DNA from: Minisyncoccota bacterium | GTDB taxonomy: Bacteria > Patescibacteriota > Minisyncoccia > Phycocordibacterales > GWA1-40-21 | Direction: 5' to 3' | DNA: 64,000 nt | NCBI GenBank assembly: GCA_041674925.1 | Contig: JBAYUW010000003.1 | Span: forward strand, 2,042 to 66,041 | Shown: positions 18,672 through 28,583 of the stretch, piece after piece | Layout of the letters: each line of letters begins with the position of its first letter | How positions within the stretch are numbered: the first letter of the stretch is position 1 | The notes under the pieces: generated by a model | Told to the model about the DNA's origin: nothing | The model's input: only the letters and a program-made list of their open reading frames with translations | The model's database searches: none | Program-made: the position numbers and the translations under genes

Positions 18672-19873
18672 TTTTCAAATATAAAGCCATTGATAATACT
18701 GGTCAGCCAAAAGAAGGCACAATCGAAGCCGTCAGTATGGAGGTGGCCATCAGTTCTCTGCAAAAAAGAGAATTAGTTTTGTCTAATATCAGTCCGGTTG
18801 ACGAAAAATCTTTTCTTGAAAAAAATATTTCTTTCTTTGATCGAGTATCCAATAAAGACATTGTGATCTTGTCTCGTCAGATGGCGACCTTGTTCGAGGC
18901 TCAAGTTTCAGCCTTACGAGTCTTCGAACTTCTATCCACTCAGTCCGAAAATCCCTCCCTGAGGAGAAAACTCGGTGAAGTGGCGAGCGATCTGCAAGCC
19001 GGTAATACCATTTCTGAGGCCCTAGCGAAACATCCGGATATTTTTTCCGAATTCTATGTCAACATGGTTAAATCAGGCGAAGAATCAGGAAAATTGGATC
19101 AAACTCTATTGTATTTGGCTGACTATCTGGATCGTACGCATGAAGTCACCTCCAAGGTAAAAAGCGCTTTGATTTATCCAGCCTTCATCGTTTTCACTTT
19201 TGTGGCTGTGATGGTTTTGATGCTCACCGTGGTGATTCCAAAAATCAGTGCGATTTTGACTGATTCCGGACAAGCCATACCGGTTTATACTCAAATTGTT
19301 CTCGGTATTTCAGGTTTCTTTGTGAATTACGGTGTTTTGATCTTGATTATTTTAGTCGTGGGCGGTTTCTTTTTCTGGCGCTATAGTCGCACCGAGGCAG
19401 GGCAGTATTCGATTGATCGATTTAAAATTTCCATGCCGGCTTTTCAGGTTTTGTATCGTAAATTATATTTGTCTAGGATTGCTGACAATATGAATGTGAT
19501 GCTTCTGTCGGGCATCCCAATCGTTCGCGGTTTGGATTTGACGTCCAAGATTGTGGATAATAAAGTGTTTGAAGATGTATTAAAAAAAGCTACAGAAGAT
19601 GTGAAAACTGGTAATTCGATTTCGGATGCGATGATGAAGTCTAGCGAAATTCCTGGTATTTTTATTCAAATGGTGAAAATTGGTGAGGAAACCGGACAGC
19701 TTGGAAATATTCTAAAAACTTTAGCCGCCTTTTATCGTCGAGAGGTGATCAATGCTATCGATGCCTTGGTGGGCCTCATCGAACCAGTCATGATTGTCTT
19801 TTTGGGCTTTGGCGTGGCTTTTCTTTTAGCCTCAGTTCTAATTCCAATTTACAATATTTCGTCAGCGATGTAG
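18668..19873 (+). CDS. pilC: type IV pilus platform protein PilC (GspF family)
   Basis: Two GspF repeats, three TM segments, about 400 aa. Confidence 0.85.
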   Translation: MIFKYKAIDNTGQPKEGTIEAVSMEVAISSLQKRELVLSNISPVDEKSFLEKNISFFDRVSNKDIVILSRQMATLFEAQVSALRVFELLSTQSENPSLRRKLGEVASDLQAGNTISEALAKHPDIFSEFYVNMVKSGEESGKLDQTLLYLADYLDRTHEVTSKVKSALIYPAFIVFTFVAVMVLMLTVVIPKISAILTDSGQAIPVYTQIVLGISGFFVNYGVLILIILVVGGFFFWRYSRTEAGQYSIDRFKISMPAFQVLYRKLYLSRIADNMNVMLLSGIPIVRGLDLTSKIVDNKVFEDVLKKATEDVKTGNSISDAMMKSSEIPGIFIQMVKIGEETGQLGNILKTLAAFYRREVINAIDALVGLIEPVMIVFLGFGVAFLLASVLIPIYNISSAM

Positions 19874-19895
19874 CGAGGGTTTTCCACACCTTAGA

Positions 19896-19923
19896 TTGTT
19901 GACTATTGTGGATATGATATAAT
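19896..19923 (+). promoter_or_regulatory. candidate sigma70-type promoter with extended -10 (TTGTTG-N16-TGaTATAAT) upstream of the major pilin
   Basis: -35-like TTGTTG at 19896-19901. TG at 19915-16. TATAAT at 19918-19923. 140 nt upstream of the pilin ATG. Confidence 0.4.
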
Positions 19924-20063
19924 AAACAGCATAAGCTAAGAATTTAAATTTAGCTAGCCAAAAGTTTTTGGTCGATCTGTTTTTATCACTCTTACGTAAA
20001 GTGAGAAAAATAGTCAAAAACTAAAGGAATTTATTAGTTTTTAAAAACAAAATTAATTTAATT

Positions 20064-20432
20064 ATGAAAATGTCAAAATCACGAGGTTTCACTCTTATCG
20101 AACTCCTCGTCGTTATCGCAATTATCGGTATCTTATCTTCGGTCGTCTTGGCTTCGTTGAATAGTGCAAGAGCAAAAGGTGCTTCTGCTGCTTTCAAGTC
20201 TGAAGTGAATAGTGCACGCGCAAATATTGCTCTTGGTTGTGATGGTGTATCCAGTGGCGGTACTTATTCTCTTCCTGCCGGCTCTACTTTTGCTTCTTCT
20301 ACTGTGACTTGTGATGGTAATGGAGGGGCTAATGCTGCTATTACTATTACTCCACTCACTGGAAAAGGAGGAACTTGTACTCAAGCCATTATCGCAACAT
20401 CTTCAGCTATTGCGTTTTCTGGTTGTAACTAA
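20064..20432 (+). CDS. pilA: type IV major pilin (prepilin with class III signal)
   Basis: MKMSKSRG|FTLIELLVVIAIIGIL: a Gly-Phe cleavage site with Glu+5. 122 aa, four Cys in the C-terminal half. Confidence 0.8.
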   Translation: MKMSKSRGFTLIELLVVIAIIGILSSVVLASLNSARAKGASAAFKSEVNSARANIALGCDGVSSGGTYSLPAGSTFASSTVTCDGNGGANAAITITPLTGKGGTCTQAIIATSSAIAFSGCN

Positions 20433-20455
20433 TCTTGGTGTAAAAAAACAAAAAA

Positions 20456-20480
20456 CCCATGCCGAAAGCGTGGGTTTTTT
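20456..20480 (+). terminator. rho-independent terminator CCCATGC-CGAAA-GCGTGGG + T6
   Basis: 7-bp stem (one G-U pair), a 5-nt loop and a T-run, 24 nt after the pilin stop. Confidence 0.7.
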
Positions 20481-20513
20481 GTTTTTGGGGTTTTAAGGTG
20501 GTATAATAGTCTG

Positions 20514-21029
20514 ATGAAAAGTAAAAGTGGTTTTACGATTATCGAGGTTTTGGTGGTCATCGGAATCATTGCGATTTTGACTGTTTTGATTTTTCCTTCG
20601 ATCACTCAAATCCGCGCCAAAAATCGCGATGCCGAAAAAGTCGCTGACATCGCCGCGATTCAACTAGCTTTATCACTTTTTTACAATAAAACAGGAGGGT
20701 ATCCCACTGATCTCAACGACACACTTTTAAACACAAATTATTTACCAGCTGATTCCTTGGTGAGCCCGGTTGAAAGCGACCCATATATGTATGTTCCATT
20801 GAAAAGAGGCGCCAATGCAACAAAATGCACCTATTATCATTTAGGAGTGAAGCTTGAGTTACAAAGCGCTCAGATTGACCCAAGGGATAAGACTGTTTCT
20901 CTATTGAATTCAACCCAGGTTGCAAATGCTACAAATGCTAGATTTTTATCTGATGAAGGTTATAGCTTATGTGGCACTGGTACAGGTATTGATGGTACAG
21001 CTATCGATATTTATGACGTCCATCCTTAA
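20514..21029 (+). CDS. second pilin-like protein (prepilin-type N-terminus)
   Basis: MKSKSG|FTIIEVLVVIGIIAIL. Confidence 0.7.
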   Translation: MKSKSGFTIIEVLVVIGIIAILTVLIFPSITQIRAKNRDAEKVADIAAIQLALSLFYNKTGGYPTDLNDTLLNTNYLPADSLVSPVESDPYMYVPLKRGANATKCTYYHLGVKLELQSAQIDPRDKTVSLLNSTQVANATNARFLSDEGYSLCGTGTGIDGTAIDIYDVHP

Positions 21030-21034
21030 ATAAT

Positions 21035-21868
21035 ATGCAGATAGAAACTTTCTTTTATATTTTCTTCTTTCTATTAGGCACAATCGTTGGTAGTTTTTTG
21101 AATGTTTTTATTTTGCGTTACAACACCGGGATCTCGGCGATGAAGGGAAGGTCTTTTTGTTTTGCTTGTGGAAAAAAACTTGGGCCTTTGGAATTGATTC
21201 CGATTTTAAGTTTTATCTTTCAGGGCGGAAAATGCGCTGGTTGTAAAAGTAAAATTTCCTGGCAATATCCGATTGTCGAACTTCTAACTGGCTTTTTATT
21301 TTTAGGGGTTTTTATGAATGCCGGAGGTCTGATTTCGATTTTCAGCGAGCCTTGGGTTTTGATTATTCCCCTAATCTTGATTGGGGTTTTGGTTTCAATC
21401 ACCGTTTATGACATCAAACACAAGATAATTCCCGATGGCCTGGTCATCACTTTCGGTATTTTATCTCTCACTCAAATCGCCCTAGACTTCTTTCTCATGG
21501 CCGGCACCAACGAAGAATTACTCAGTCATTTATTTTGGTATCTGGTTGCCGGTCCAATCCTCGCCTTACCTTTATTTTTAATCTGGCTTTTTTCGAGAGG
21601 GCAGTGGATGGGTTTGGGCGATCCCAAATTAGTGCTTTGTATTGGTTGGTTTCTCGGACCGATTCTTGGCCTGTCTGCTGTAATCCTAGCTTTTTGGACT
21701 GGGGCACTTTACGGTTTAATTTTAATGATCCTTTCTAAATTTCATTGGCACGGTCTCCGAATCGATCGTAAAAGTGAGCTACCTTTCGCGCCGTTTTTGA
21801 TCCTGGGTTTTTTGGTGGTTTTCTTTTGGAAAATTGATATTTTAGGCTTAGCGTTTTTGATTCCATAA
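21035..21868 (+). CDS. pilD: prepilin peptidase PilD (A24 family)
   Basis: N-terminal zinc-binding CFACG...CAGC tetracysteine region. Polytopic membrane domain carrying the catalytic Asp residues. Confidence 0.85.
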   Translation: MQIETFFYIFFFLLGTIVGSFLNVFILRYNTGISAMKGRSFCFACGKKLGPLELIPILSFIFQGGKCAGCKSKISWQYPIVELLTGFLFLGVFMNAGGLISIFSEPWVLIIPLILIGVLVSITVYDIKHKIIPDGLVITFGILSLTQIALDFFLMAGTNEELLSHLFWYLVAGPILALPLFLIWLFSRGQWMGLGDPKLVLCIGWFLGPILGLSAVILAFWTGALYGLILMILSKFHWHGLRIDRKSELPFAPFLILGFLVVFFWKIDILGLAFLIP

Positions 21869-21894
21869 AGGTCAAAATGTGTTATAATTAGCGC

Positions 21895-22563
21895 ATGTCT
21901 ATTTCTCGTCGAAATTTCAAGAATCACAAGAAAGGTTTTACATTGGTGGAATTACTAGTGACGATTACGATTTTTGTGATGCTCACTGCAGTGGTGCTCT
22001 GGAATCAAGAAAAATTTAACAGTACGATTTTACTTACCAATTTGGCTTACGATACCGCTCTCACCATTCGTCAAGCGCAGACTTATGGGATTAATATTAA
22101 GAAGTTTAATACTGGTACCGAGAAAGAATTTGTGCCATATGGTGTGCATTTTGATATGGAAGATACCAAATCATTTATTTTGTTTGCGGATGAAGATTGG
22201 GATGGTGAAGATAGCGATGGTCTTTTTTGGATAGATTCCCTGACTCCTCTTCCAACTAGTTGTAATGAGTCAGACGGTTGTGTGAGTCGCTATACTATTA
22301 AAAGAGGAAATCGCATTTCCGCTTTATGTGCTGAGGATGTTCTGGAAGAAAGAGATGTTTGTGGTCAAGATAAAGATTTGCAAGAATTAGATATCGTGTT
22401 TACACGCCCTAATCCAGATGCAATGATAAAGGGCATTAAAATTAATTCCACTACTGTCACAGTCATCGATAGCACAGTCACGATAATTTTGGCGGGAGTA
22501 GATGGGGGGAGCTTTAGAAAAATTAAAGTTGGACAAAATGGTTTAATTTCGATTGCGAAATAA
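21895..22563 (+). CDS. minor pilin / pseudopilin
   Basis: N-terminal KKG|FTLVELLVTITIF. Confidence 0.65.
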   Translation: MSISRRNFKNHKKGFTLVELLVTITIFVMLTAVVLWNQEKFNSTILLTNLAYDTALTIRQAQTYGINIKKFNTGTEKEFVPYGVHFDMEDTKSFILFADEDWDGEDSDGLFWIDSLTPLPTSCNESDGCVSRYTIKRGNRISALCAEDVLEERDVCGQDKDLQELDIVFTRPNPDAMIKGIKINSTTVTVIDSTVTIILAGVDGGSFRKIKVGQNGLISIAK

Positions 22564-22567
22564 TTAA

Positions 22568-23125
22568 ATGCGAAAGAGTTTTCACAAAAGAATAAAAAAT
22601 ACTGGTTTCACTCTCGTGGAAATGATGGTGGCGGTTGCAGTATTTTCACTCGTGATGGTGGTGGCGATGAGCGCCTTGATTAATGTGATTGACGCCAATT
22701 TGAAAGCTCAGGCCCTGAAAACCGCGATCAACAATGTCCATTTTGCGCTGGAAGGTATTTCAAAGGATATGAGGATGGGGTCAGGTTATGAATGTATAGG
22801 TATTGCAGACTGTAGTGATGGTGCTACAGGAATAAAATATAAATCTCCACGAGCTTTTCCTGGTGGTTACGCTTATTATGAGTTTAAAGCTGGTCAGATT
22901 TGGAGTTGTCTAGATAAGAGTGCTATCACATGTAATTCCAACACTATTGATTCCGCAATTACTTCTGAAGATGTGACAATTACTAATATGACCTTTTATG
23001 TTATAAACGGAACAGGATTACAACCCCGAGTAGTAATTACCTTAAGCGGTGAAGCAGGGAAGAAAGATAAAATTAAGACTGAATTTGATTTGCAAACTTC
23101 AGTGTCGCAGAGGGTGAGAGAATAA
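22568..23125 (+). CDS. minor pilin / pseudopilin
   Basis: N-terminal NTG|FTLVEMMVAVAVFSLV. Confidence 0.65.
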   Translation: MRKSFHKRIKNTGFTLVEMMVAVAVFSLVMVVAMSALINVIDANLKAQALKTAINNVHFALEGISKDMRMGSGYECIGIADCSDGATGIKYKSPRAFPGGYAYYEFKAGQIWSCLDKSAITCNSNTIDSAITSEDVTITNMTFYVINGTGLQPRVVITLSGEAGKKDKIKTEFDLQTSVSQRVRE

Positions 23126-23129
23126 AATT

Positions 23130-23690
23130 ATGAAGAAAAATAATTTAAAAAAAGGATTTACTTTGATTGAAGCTTTGGTTGCCGTTTCTATTTTAATGGT
23201 CGCCGTGGCGGCGCCGATTACGATTGCGCAAAAAGGTCTGTCCTCGGCCGTTTATTCCAAGGATCAAATGATTGCTTCCTATCTAGCCCAAGACGCACTG
23301 GAATATGTCATCAACCAACGCGACCAAGCCTCTATCAATAGTCCAACATCTGATTGGGGGGCATTTAGACAAGTATTAGGGGTGTGTGAAGGAGAATACG
23401 GTTGTGAGATTGATACTGTAAGAAGTAGTTTTGACAATACTCATGTTCAATCTGCTTCTGTTTCCGGTGAAAATATTAAAATACTTAAAGATAATGGGGG
23501 TAAATTTCAATTTTATGGATACGAAGATGGTGGCACAGAGACAAAATTTAAAAGAAATATTAAAATTGACTTGAGAGATGTAAATGGTACAGGTGGCGCG
23601 ACTAGAAATGAAGCCTTGGTAACAGTGGATGTCACTTGGCCGGGGGATAAAAATCATGTAACAATTCACAGCTTAATTTATAATCGATAA
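23130..23690 (+). CDS. minor pilin / pseudopilin
   Basis: N-terminal KKG|FTLIEALVAVSILMV. Confidence 0.65.
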   Translation: MKKNNLKKGFTLIEALVAVSILMVAVAAPITIAQKGLSSAVYSKDQMIASYLAQDALEYVINQRDQASINSPTSDWGAFRQVLGVCEGEYGCEIDTVRSSFDNTHVQSASVSGENIKILKDNGGKFQFYGYEDGGTETKFKRNIKIDLRDVNGTGGATRNEALVTVDVTWPGDKNHVTIHSLIYNR

Positions 23691-23691
23691 A

Positions 23692-24198
23692 ATGAGAAAG
23701 AAAAATTTAAAAAATAAAGGCTTCGCTCTACTTTTCTCGGTTTTGTTGTCGAGCTTACTCTTGACTATTGGTCTGTCTATTTTTAGTATTGCTTTGAAAG
23801 AGCTCTCCATTTCCACCGCCGTCCGCCAATCTGTCCACGCTTTTTACGCCGCCGATAGTGGTCGCGAATGTGCTATATATTGGGATGTGAAAGGGGGACA
23901 AATCCCCACGATAGTCAACGATCAGATCCAAGGAACAATCGCTTGTGGAAGTTTAACTAATGTGAGTGTTTCTTCTGATGATGGAGGAGCTACAAGTAGA
24001 ATCCCGGACACCACAACGAAGACGATTCGTATTATGAGCGATGTTGTGGGTGGAGATTATGCGAATTTTTATGTTGATATTCAAAAAGATTGGAATGATC
24101 CCATACTAGAGGATAGAATAAAAACTACAGTCACAGCTTATGGCTACGATTCAGCTAACGACGATCGGGTGGAAAGAGCGATTGAGCAGACTTACTAA
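23692..24198 (+). CDS. minor pilin-like protein (PilX-like: prepilin leader, no Glu+5)
   Basis: N-terminal NKG|FALLFSVLLSSLLLTIGLSIF. Confidence 0.55.
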   Translation: MRKKNLKNKGFALLFSVLLSSLLLTIGLSIFSIALKELSISTAVRQSVHAFYAADSGRECAIYWDVKGGQIPTIVNDQIQGTIACGSLTNVSVSSDDGGATSRIPDTTTKTIRIMSDVVGGDYANFYVDIQKDWNDPILEDRIKTTVTAYGYDSANDDRVERAIEQTY

Positions 24199-24199
24199 T

Positions 24200-26149
24200 A
24201 TGAACAAAGATCGTTACGACAAATTGATAAAACTGATCGAGCATCATCGATATCTTTATCACACCTTAGATCAACCCGAAATCAGCGACGAAGCCTATGA
24301 TTCTTTGATGCGTGAGCTCGAGCAGATCGAAAAAGAAAATCCCAAACTGATTTCTCCCCTCAGTCCCAGCCAGCGTGTGGGTGGTGAGCCACTGAAAGAA
24401 TTTAATAAGGTCAAACACGAAGTGCGACAATGGTCTTTCGGCGATGTCTTTGATTTTGATGAGTTGGTGAAGTGGGAGGAAAAAATTAAACGTCTGATTG
24501 AAAAAGAAGCAAATTTAAAGAATGAAAAGTTAGAATATTGCTGTGAATTAAAAATTGACGGCCTAAAGATTATTTTAACGTACAAGGATGGGGAATTCGT
24601 CCAAGGCGCGACACGAGGTGATGGAGAAATCGGGGAGAATGTGACGCAGAATTTGAAGACAATACAAACCATTCCTTTTATTTTAAACGAGAAGATTGAT
24701 CTGATTGCCGTTGGTGAGGCGTGGCTGAGCAAAAAAGAATTGATACGGATTAATAAAGAAAAGGAGAAAGCGGGTGAGGCGGTGTTTGCTAATACCCGAA
24801 ACGCTGGGGCGGGTTCGATTCGTCAGCTGGACCCAAAAATCACAGCGAAGAGAAAATTGAGTACTTTTATTTACGATATTGATAAAATCTCTGGTGCTAT
24901 CCCCCAAACGCAAGATGAAGAAATCAAATTATTAGAAAGTTTAGGTTTTAAAACCAATGAATATTTTCGAGTGTGTAAAAATATTGCTGAAATAGAAAAA
25001 TTTTATGAAGAATGGGGGAAGAAAAAAGATGAACTGGATTATATGCTCGATGGTATTGTCATCAAAATAAATTCTCGAAAAATTCAAGAAGCTTTGGGTT
25101 ATACCGGCAAGACTCCACGCTGGGGTGTGGCTTATAAATTCAAGGCCGAGCAGGTGACGACGGTGGTGGAGGATATTGTCCTGCAGGTTGGGCGTACGGG
25201 TGTACTGACTCCAGTGGCGCATTTAAAACCGGTGCGCGTGGCCGGTTCTTTGGTTTCGCGAGCGACCCTGCATAATGCTGATGAAATTAAAAGATTGGAT
25301 GTGCGAGTGGGCGATACGGTGATTTTGCAAAAAGCGGGGGATGTGATTCCAGATATTGTCTCAGTTTTGACCGATTTGCGAACGGGTAAAGAGAAGCCTT
25401 ATGTTTTCCCTAAAAGTGTTCCTAATCAATCTTTTGCTCAGAAACGTCGTCAGTTTTATCATTTTGTCTCAAAGAAAGCTTTTAATATGGATGGTTGTGG
25501 GCCGAAAATTATCGTTGTCTTACTTGATAACAATCTTATAAATTCCTATGAAGATCTTTTTACTTTAAAGAGAGGGGATTTACTGAGTCTGCCTAGGTTT
25601 GCTGAGAAATCGGTTGATAATTTGCTGGCGTCAATTGAAAAAGCACGAAAAGTCACCTTACCAAGATTTTTGGTTGGTCTCTCTATTTTACGAATTGGTG
25701 AAGAAATAGCGATTGATCTAGCTAAACACTTTGGCACGATTGAAGAGATTAAGAATGCTAGTTTTGATGAATTGCAGAGCTTGAATGGTGTCGGCCCAAT
25801 CGCCGGAAAAACTTTGACCGAGTGGTTTGCCAATAAAGATAATAAAAAAGTTTTGGCGAATTTACTTAAAGAAGTAAGTATTGAAAAAATTTCAGAAACT
25901 AAAAATAATTCTCAAAAATTAGCCGGCCAGAGTTTTGTGATTACTGGAACTCTATCTTCCATGTCCCGCGATGAAGCAAAAGATAAAATCCGCGCACTTG
26001 GTGGCGATGTTTCTGAATCTGTTTCAGCCAAGACCTCATATCTAATCGCTGGGGAAAATGCCGGATCGAAATTGGAGAAAGCCAAACAGTTGGGTGTGAA
26101 GGTTTTGAACGAGCAGGATTTTATGTTATTCTTTTCTTATGGAAATTAA
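24200..26149 (+). CDS. ligA: NAD-dependent DNA ligase LigA
   Basis: Adenylation domain with KIDGL (KxDG), OB fold, Zn finger, HhH and BRCT domains. I placed the start at the ATG at 24200, immediately after the upstream stop, not at the longer ORF-track start. Confidence 0.9.
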   Translation: MNKDRYDKLIKLIEHHRYLYHTLDQPEISDEAYDSLMRELEQIEKENPKLISPLSPSQRVGGEPLKEFNKVKHEVRQWSFGDVFDFDELVKWEEKIKRLIEKEANLKNEKLEYCCELKIDGLKIILTYKDGEFVQGATRGDGEIGENVTQNLKTIQTIPFILNEKIDLIAVGEAWLSKKELIRINKEKEKAGEAVFANTRNAGAGSIRQLDPKITAKRKLSTFIYDIDKISGAIPQTQDEEIKLLESLGFKTNEYFRVCKNIAEIEKFYEEWGKKKDELDYMLDGIVIKINSRKIQEALGYTGKTPRWGVAYKFKAEQVTTVVEDIVLQVGRTGVLTPVAHLKPVRVAGSLVSRATLHNADEIKRLDVRVGDTVILQKAGDVIPDIVSVLTDLRTGKEKPYVFPKSVPNQSFAQKRRQFYHFVSKKAFNMDGCGPKIIVVLLDNNLINSYEDLFTLKRGDLLSLPRFAEKSVDNLLASIEKARKVTLPRFLVGLSILRIGEEIAIDLAKHFGTIEEIKNASFDELQSLNGVGPIAGKTLTEWFANKDNKKVLANLLKEVSIEKISETKNNSQKLAGQSFVITGTLSSMSRDEAKDKIRALGGDVSESVSAKTSYLIAGENAGSKLEKAKQLGVKVLNEQDFMLFFSYGN

Positions 26150-26426
26150 AGATATCGAAAAACTGGCGAAATTAGCCAGAATTGACTTGACCGAGCAGCA
26201 AAAAACGGCTTATTTGAAAGAAATTGGAGCGATTTTGGGTTATGTTGATCAGATCAAGGATATAGTGTCTAAGACTGGAGATGAGCGAAAGATACCAGAT
26301 TTAAGAAACGTTTCTCGTGCGGACACAATTTCAGATCTCGATGCTGATAGGTCTGACCGAATTGTAAAAGAGTTTCCTCGTTCGGAAAAGAATTATTTGA
26401 AAGTTAAAAAAATCTTGGAGCAATAA
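26139..26426 (+). CDS. gatC: Asp/Glu-tRNA amidotransferase subunit C
   Basis: 95 aa. MEIKDIEKLAKLARIDLTEQQ is typical of GatC. Overlaps the ligA end. Confidence 0.8.
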   Translation: MEIKDIEKLAKLARIDLTEQQKTAYLKEIGAILGYVDQIKDIVSKTGDERKIPDLRNVSRADTISDLDADRSDRIVKEFPRSEKNYLKVKKILEQ

Positions 26427-26427
26427 A

Positions 26428-27852
26428 ATGACAATCGATATTAAAAATTTAACGATCAGAAAAGCCCACGCTTCTTTATTGGCGGGGGAATATACTTGTG
26501 TGGATTTAGCGCAAGCTTATTTGGATAATATTAAAAAGTTTGATCCAGGTATTCATGCTTACCTCGAGGTGTATAACGATGTTTTAGTTCAAGCAAAAAA
26601 GGCTGATGAAAGAATTAAAAATAAAGATAATGTGACTTTACTGACCGGCATACCTATTTCTATCAAGGATAATATTTTGATTAAAGATAGAATAGTCAGC
26701 TCGGCGTCAAAAATGCTCGAAAATTATCACGGGACTTATGACGCGACTGTGATTAAAAAATTAAAAGAAGCTGGAGTGGTCTTTTTGGGCCGAACCAATA
26801 TGGACGAATTTGCGATGGGTGGCTCAACAGAAAATTCGGCTTTTGGTCCAACTCATAATCCTCACGATTTGTCTCGCGTTCCAGGTGGTTCCTCTGGTGG
26901 GGCTGTGGCTTCGGTCGCTGGTGATATGGCTTTAGTGGCTCTAGGCTCCGACACTGGTGGCTCGATTCGTGAGCCAGCTTCTTTTTGTGGTTTGGTAGGC
27001 TTAAAGCCAACTTACGGTGCTGTTTCTCGGCATGGCTTAATGGCGATGGGTTCGTCTTTTGATCAAATTGGTCCGATTACTAAAAATATTGATGATGCCA
27101 AAATCGTCTTTGATTTTATTGCCGGTCAAGATTCTTTGGATAGTACCACAATCACTAAACCAGAACTTATCACAGAAAAAAAATCCTTTAAAATTGGTGT
27201 GCCCAAGCAGGTCACCGAAGTACAGGGGATTAATCTAGAAGTTTTAAGGGTTTTCACCGAATCGATTGAAAAATTTAAAAAGCTGGGTTATGAAATCAGA
27301 GAAATCAGTCTGCCCAATATCAATTATTCTCTCGCTGTTTATTACACTTTGATTCCCGCTGAAGTGTCTTCGAACCTAGCTCGTTTTGATGGAATGAGAT
27401 ATGGTTTACACACGGACGGAGCCAATATGGTTGATGATTATTTCAAAACCCGCCAGGTTGGTTTTGGTCAGGAAGTTATTCGCCGAATTATTTTAGGGAC
27501 TTACATTCTTTCTTCTGGTTATTATGATGCCTATTATAACAAAGCCAATATCGTGCGAGATTTGATTCGCGATGACTTTAAAAAAGCTTTTCAGGAAGTG
27601 GATTTGATTTTAACCCCGACCGCCCCCAGCCCTGCTTTCAAAATCGGTGAAAAAATCAGCGATCCCTTGACTCTGTATCTTGAAGATATTTTTACCGTAC
27701 CCGCAAATCTCGTCGGTGTCCCAGCTATTTCTCTACCAGCCGGCTCGACTGAAATTGACGGTAAGAAATTGCCTTTGGGAATACAACTAATGTCGGCTCA
27801 TTCCAATGAGGCAATCTTGTTTCAGGCTGGATCGGACTTTGAGAATCAATAA
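26428..27852 (+). CDS. gatA: Asp/Glu-tRNA amidotransferase subunit A (amidase)
   Basis: Amidase signature GGSSGGAVASVA with the Ser-cisSer-Lys triad context. 474 aa. Confidence 0.9.
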   Translation: MTIDIKNLTIRKAHASLLAGEYTCVDLAQAYLDNIKKFDPGIHAYLEVYNDVLVQAKKADERIKNKDNVTLLTGIPISIKDNILIKDRIVSSASKMLENYHGTYDATVIKKLKEAGVVFLGRTNMDEFAMGGSTENSAFGPTHNPHDLSRVPGGSSGGAVASVAGDMALVALGSDTGGSIREPASFCGLVGLKPTYGAVSRHGLMAMGSSFDQIGPITKNIDDAKIVFDFIAGQDSLDSTTITKPELITEKKSFKIGVPKQVTEVQGINLEVLRVFTESIEKFKKLGYEIREISLPNINYSLAVYYTLIPAEVSSNLARFDGMRYGLHTDGANMVDDYFKTRQVGFGQEVIRRIILGTYILSSGYYDAYYNKANIVRDLIRDDFKKAFQEVDLILTPTAPSPAFKIGEKISDPLTLYLEDIFTVPANLVGVPAISLPAGSTEIDGKKLPLGIQLMSAHSNEAILFQAGSDFENQ

Positions 27853-27873
27853 TTATCTGGTAAAATATTAGAT

Positions 27874-28542
27874 ATGGCAGGTTCTAAACCAAAACCAAGC
27901 GCTCCTCCCCCAAATACATTATTGGGACTGACTTTCTGGGCTTTTGTCTTGGTCTTTGCTTTGATATTTATGGTGATAATGAGATTTTTTCCTAAAATTC
28001 TCCAGCAAGATTTGAGTGAAACCGCCAAGAATATATACCTACTTTTGCCAGACTATGCCGTCTTGGTGATGATGCGCCTGTTTTCTTTCTCTCTTGTTCT
28101 CTCAATCATTTTAATTATCATTGTGATCTGGACGTCAAACCAAATCATCAGACACAAAAAGAAAATGCTTGATGCCTTGGTCTTGCCTGGTACCGAAGCG
28201 CCAAAAGGTGGCGTGCCAAAAATGTTTGTCAATGAAAAGTGGGAGAGTGTGGTCAAGCATATCAATTCTTCCAACCCATCCGATTGGAAATTGGCGATTC
28301 TAGAATGCGATATTATGCTGGGAGAAATTTTGGAAAAGATGGGCTATATCCAACCTAGTATCGGCGAGAAATTGAAATCAATCGAACCGAGTGATTTCAC
28401 AAATATCGAGGCGGCTTGGGAAGCTCATAAAATTAGGAATTCGATTGCTCATGAGGGTTCAGAATTTGCTATCAATGAACGTGAGGCCAAGAGGGTGATT
28501 GGCTTATATGAACTAGTTTTTCAAGAGTTTGAATATATTTAG
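27874..28542 (+). CDS. membrane protein with C-terminal HEPN-like Rx4H motif
   Basis: Two N-terminal TM helices. The C-terminal soluble domain ends in AWEAHKIRNSIAHEGSE, an R-x4-H HEPN-type motif. Confidence 0.4.
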   Translation: MAGSKPKPSAPPPNTLLGLTFWAFVLVFALIFMVIMRFFPKILQQDLSETAKNIYLLLPDYAVLVMMRLFSFSLVLSIILIIIVIWTSNQIIRHKKKMLDALVLPGTEAPKGGVPKMFVNEKWESVVKHINSSNPSDWKLAILECDIMLGEILEKMGYIQPSIGEKLKSIEPSDFTNIEAAWEAHKIRNSIAHEGSEFAINEREAKRVIGLYELVFQEFEYI

Positions 28543-28583
28543 CCGGCCTTGTTTTTTAAGGCAAAGTGTGAAATAATATATGG

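Noticed and set aside
24140-24199. Upstream extension of ligA to the ORF-track start at 24140
   Set aside because: That start lies inside the preceding minor-pilin gene in another frame. The ATG at 24200 follows the upstream stop directly and gives the conserved LigA N-terminus MNKDRYDKLIKLIEHHRYLYH.
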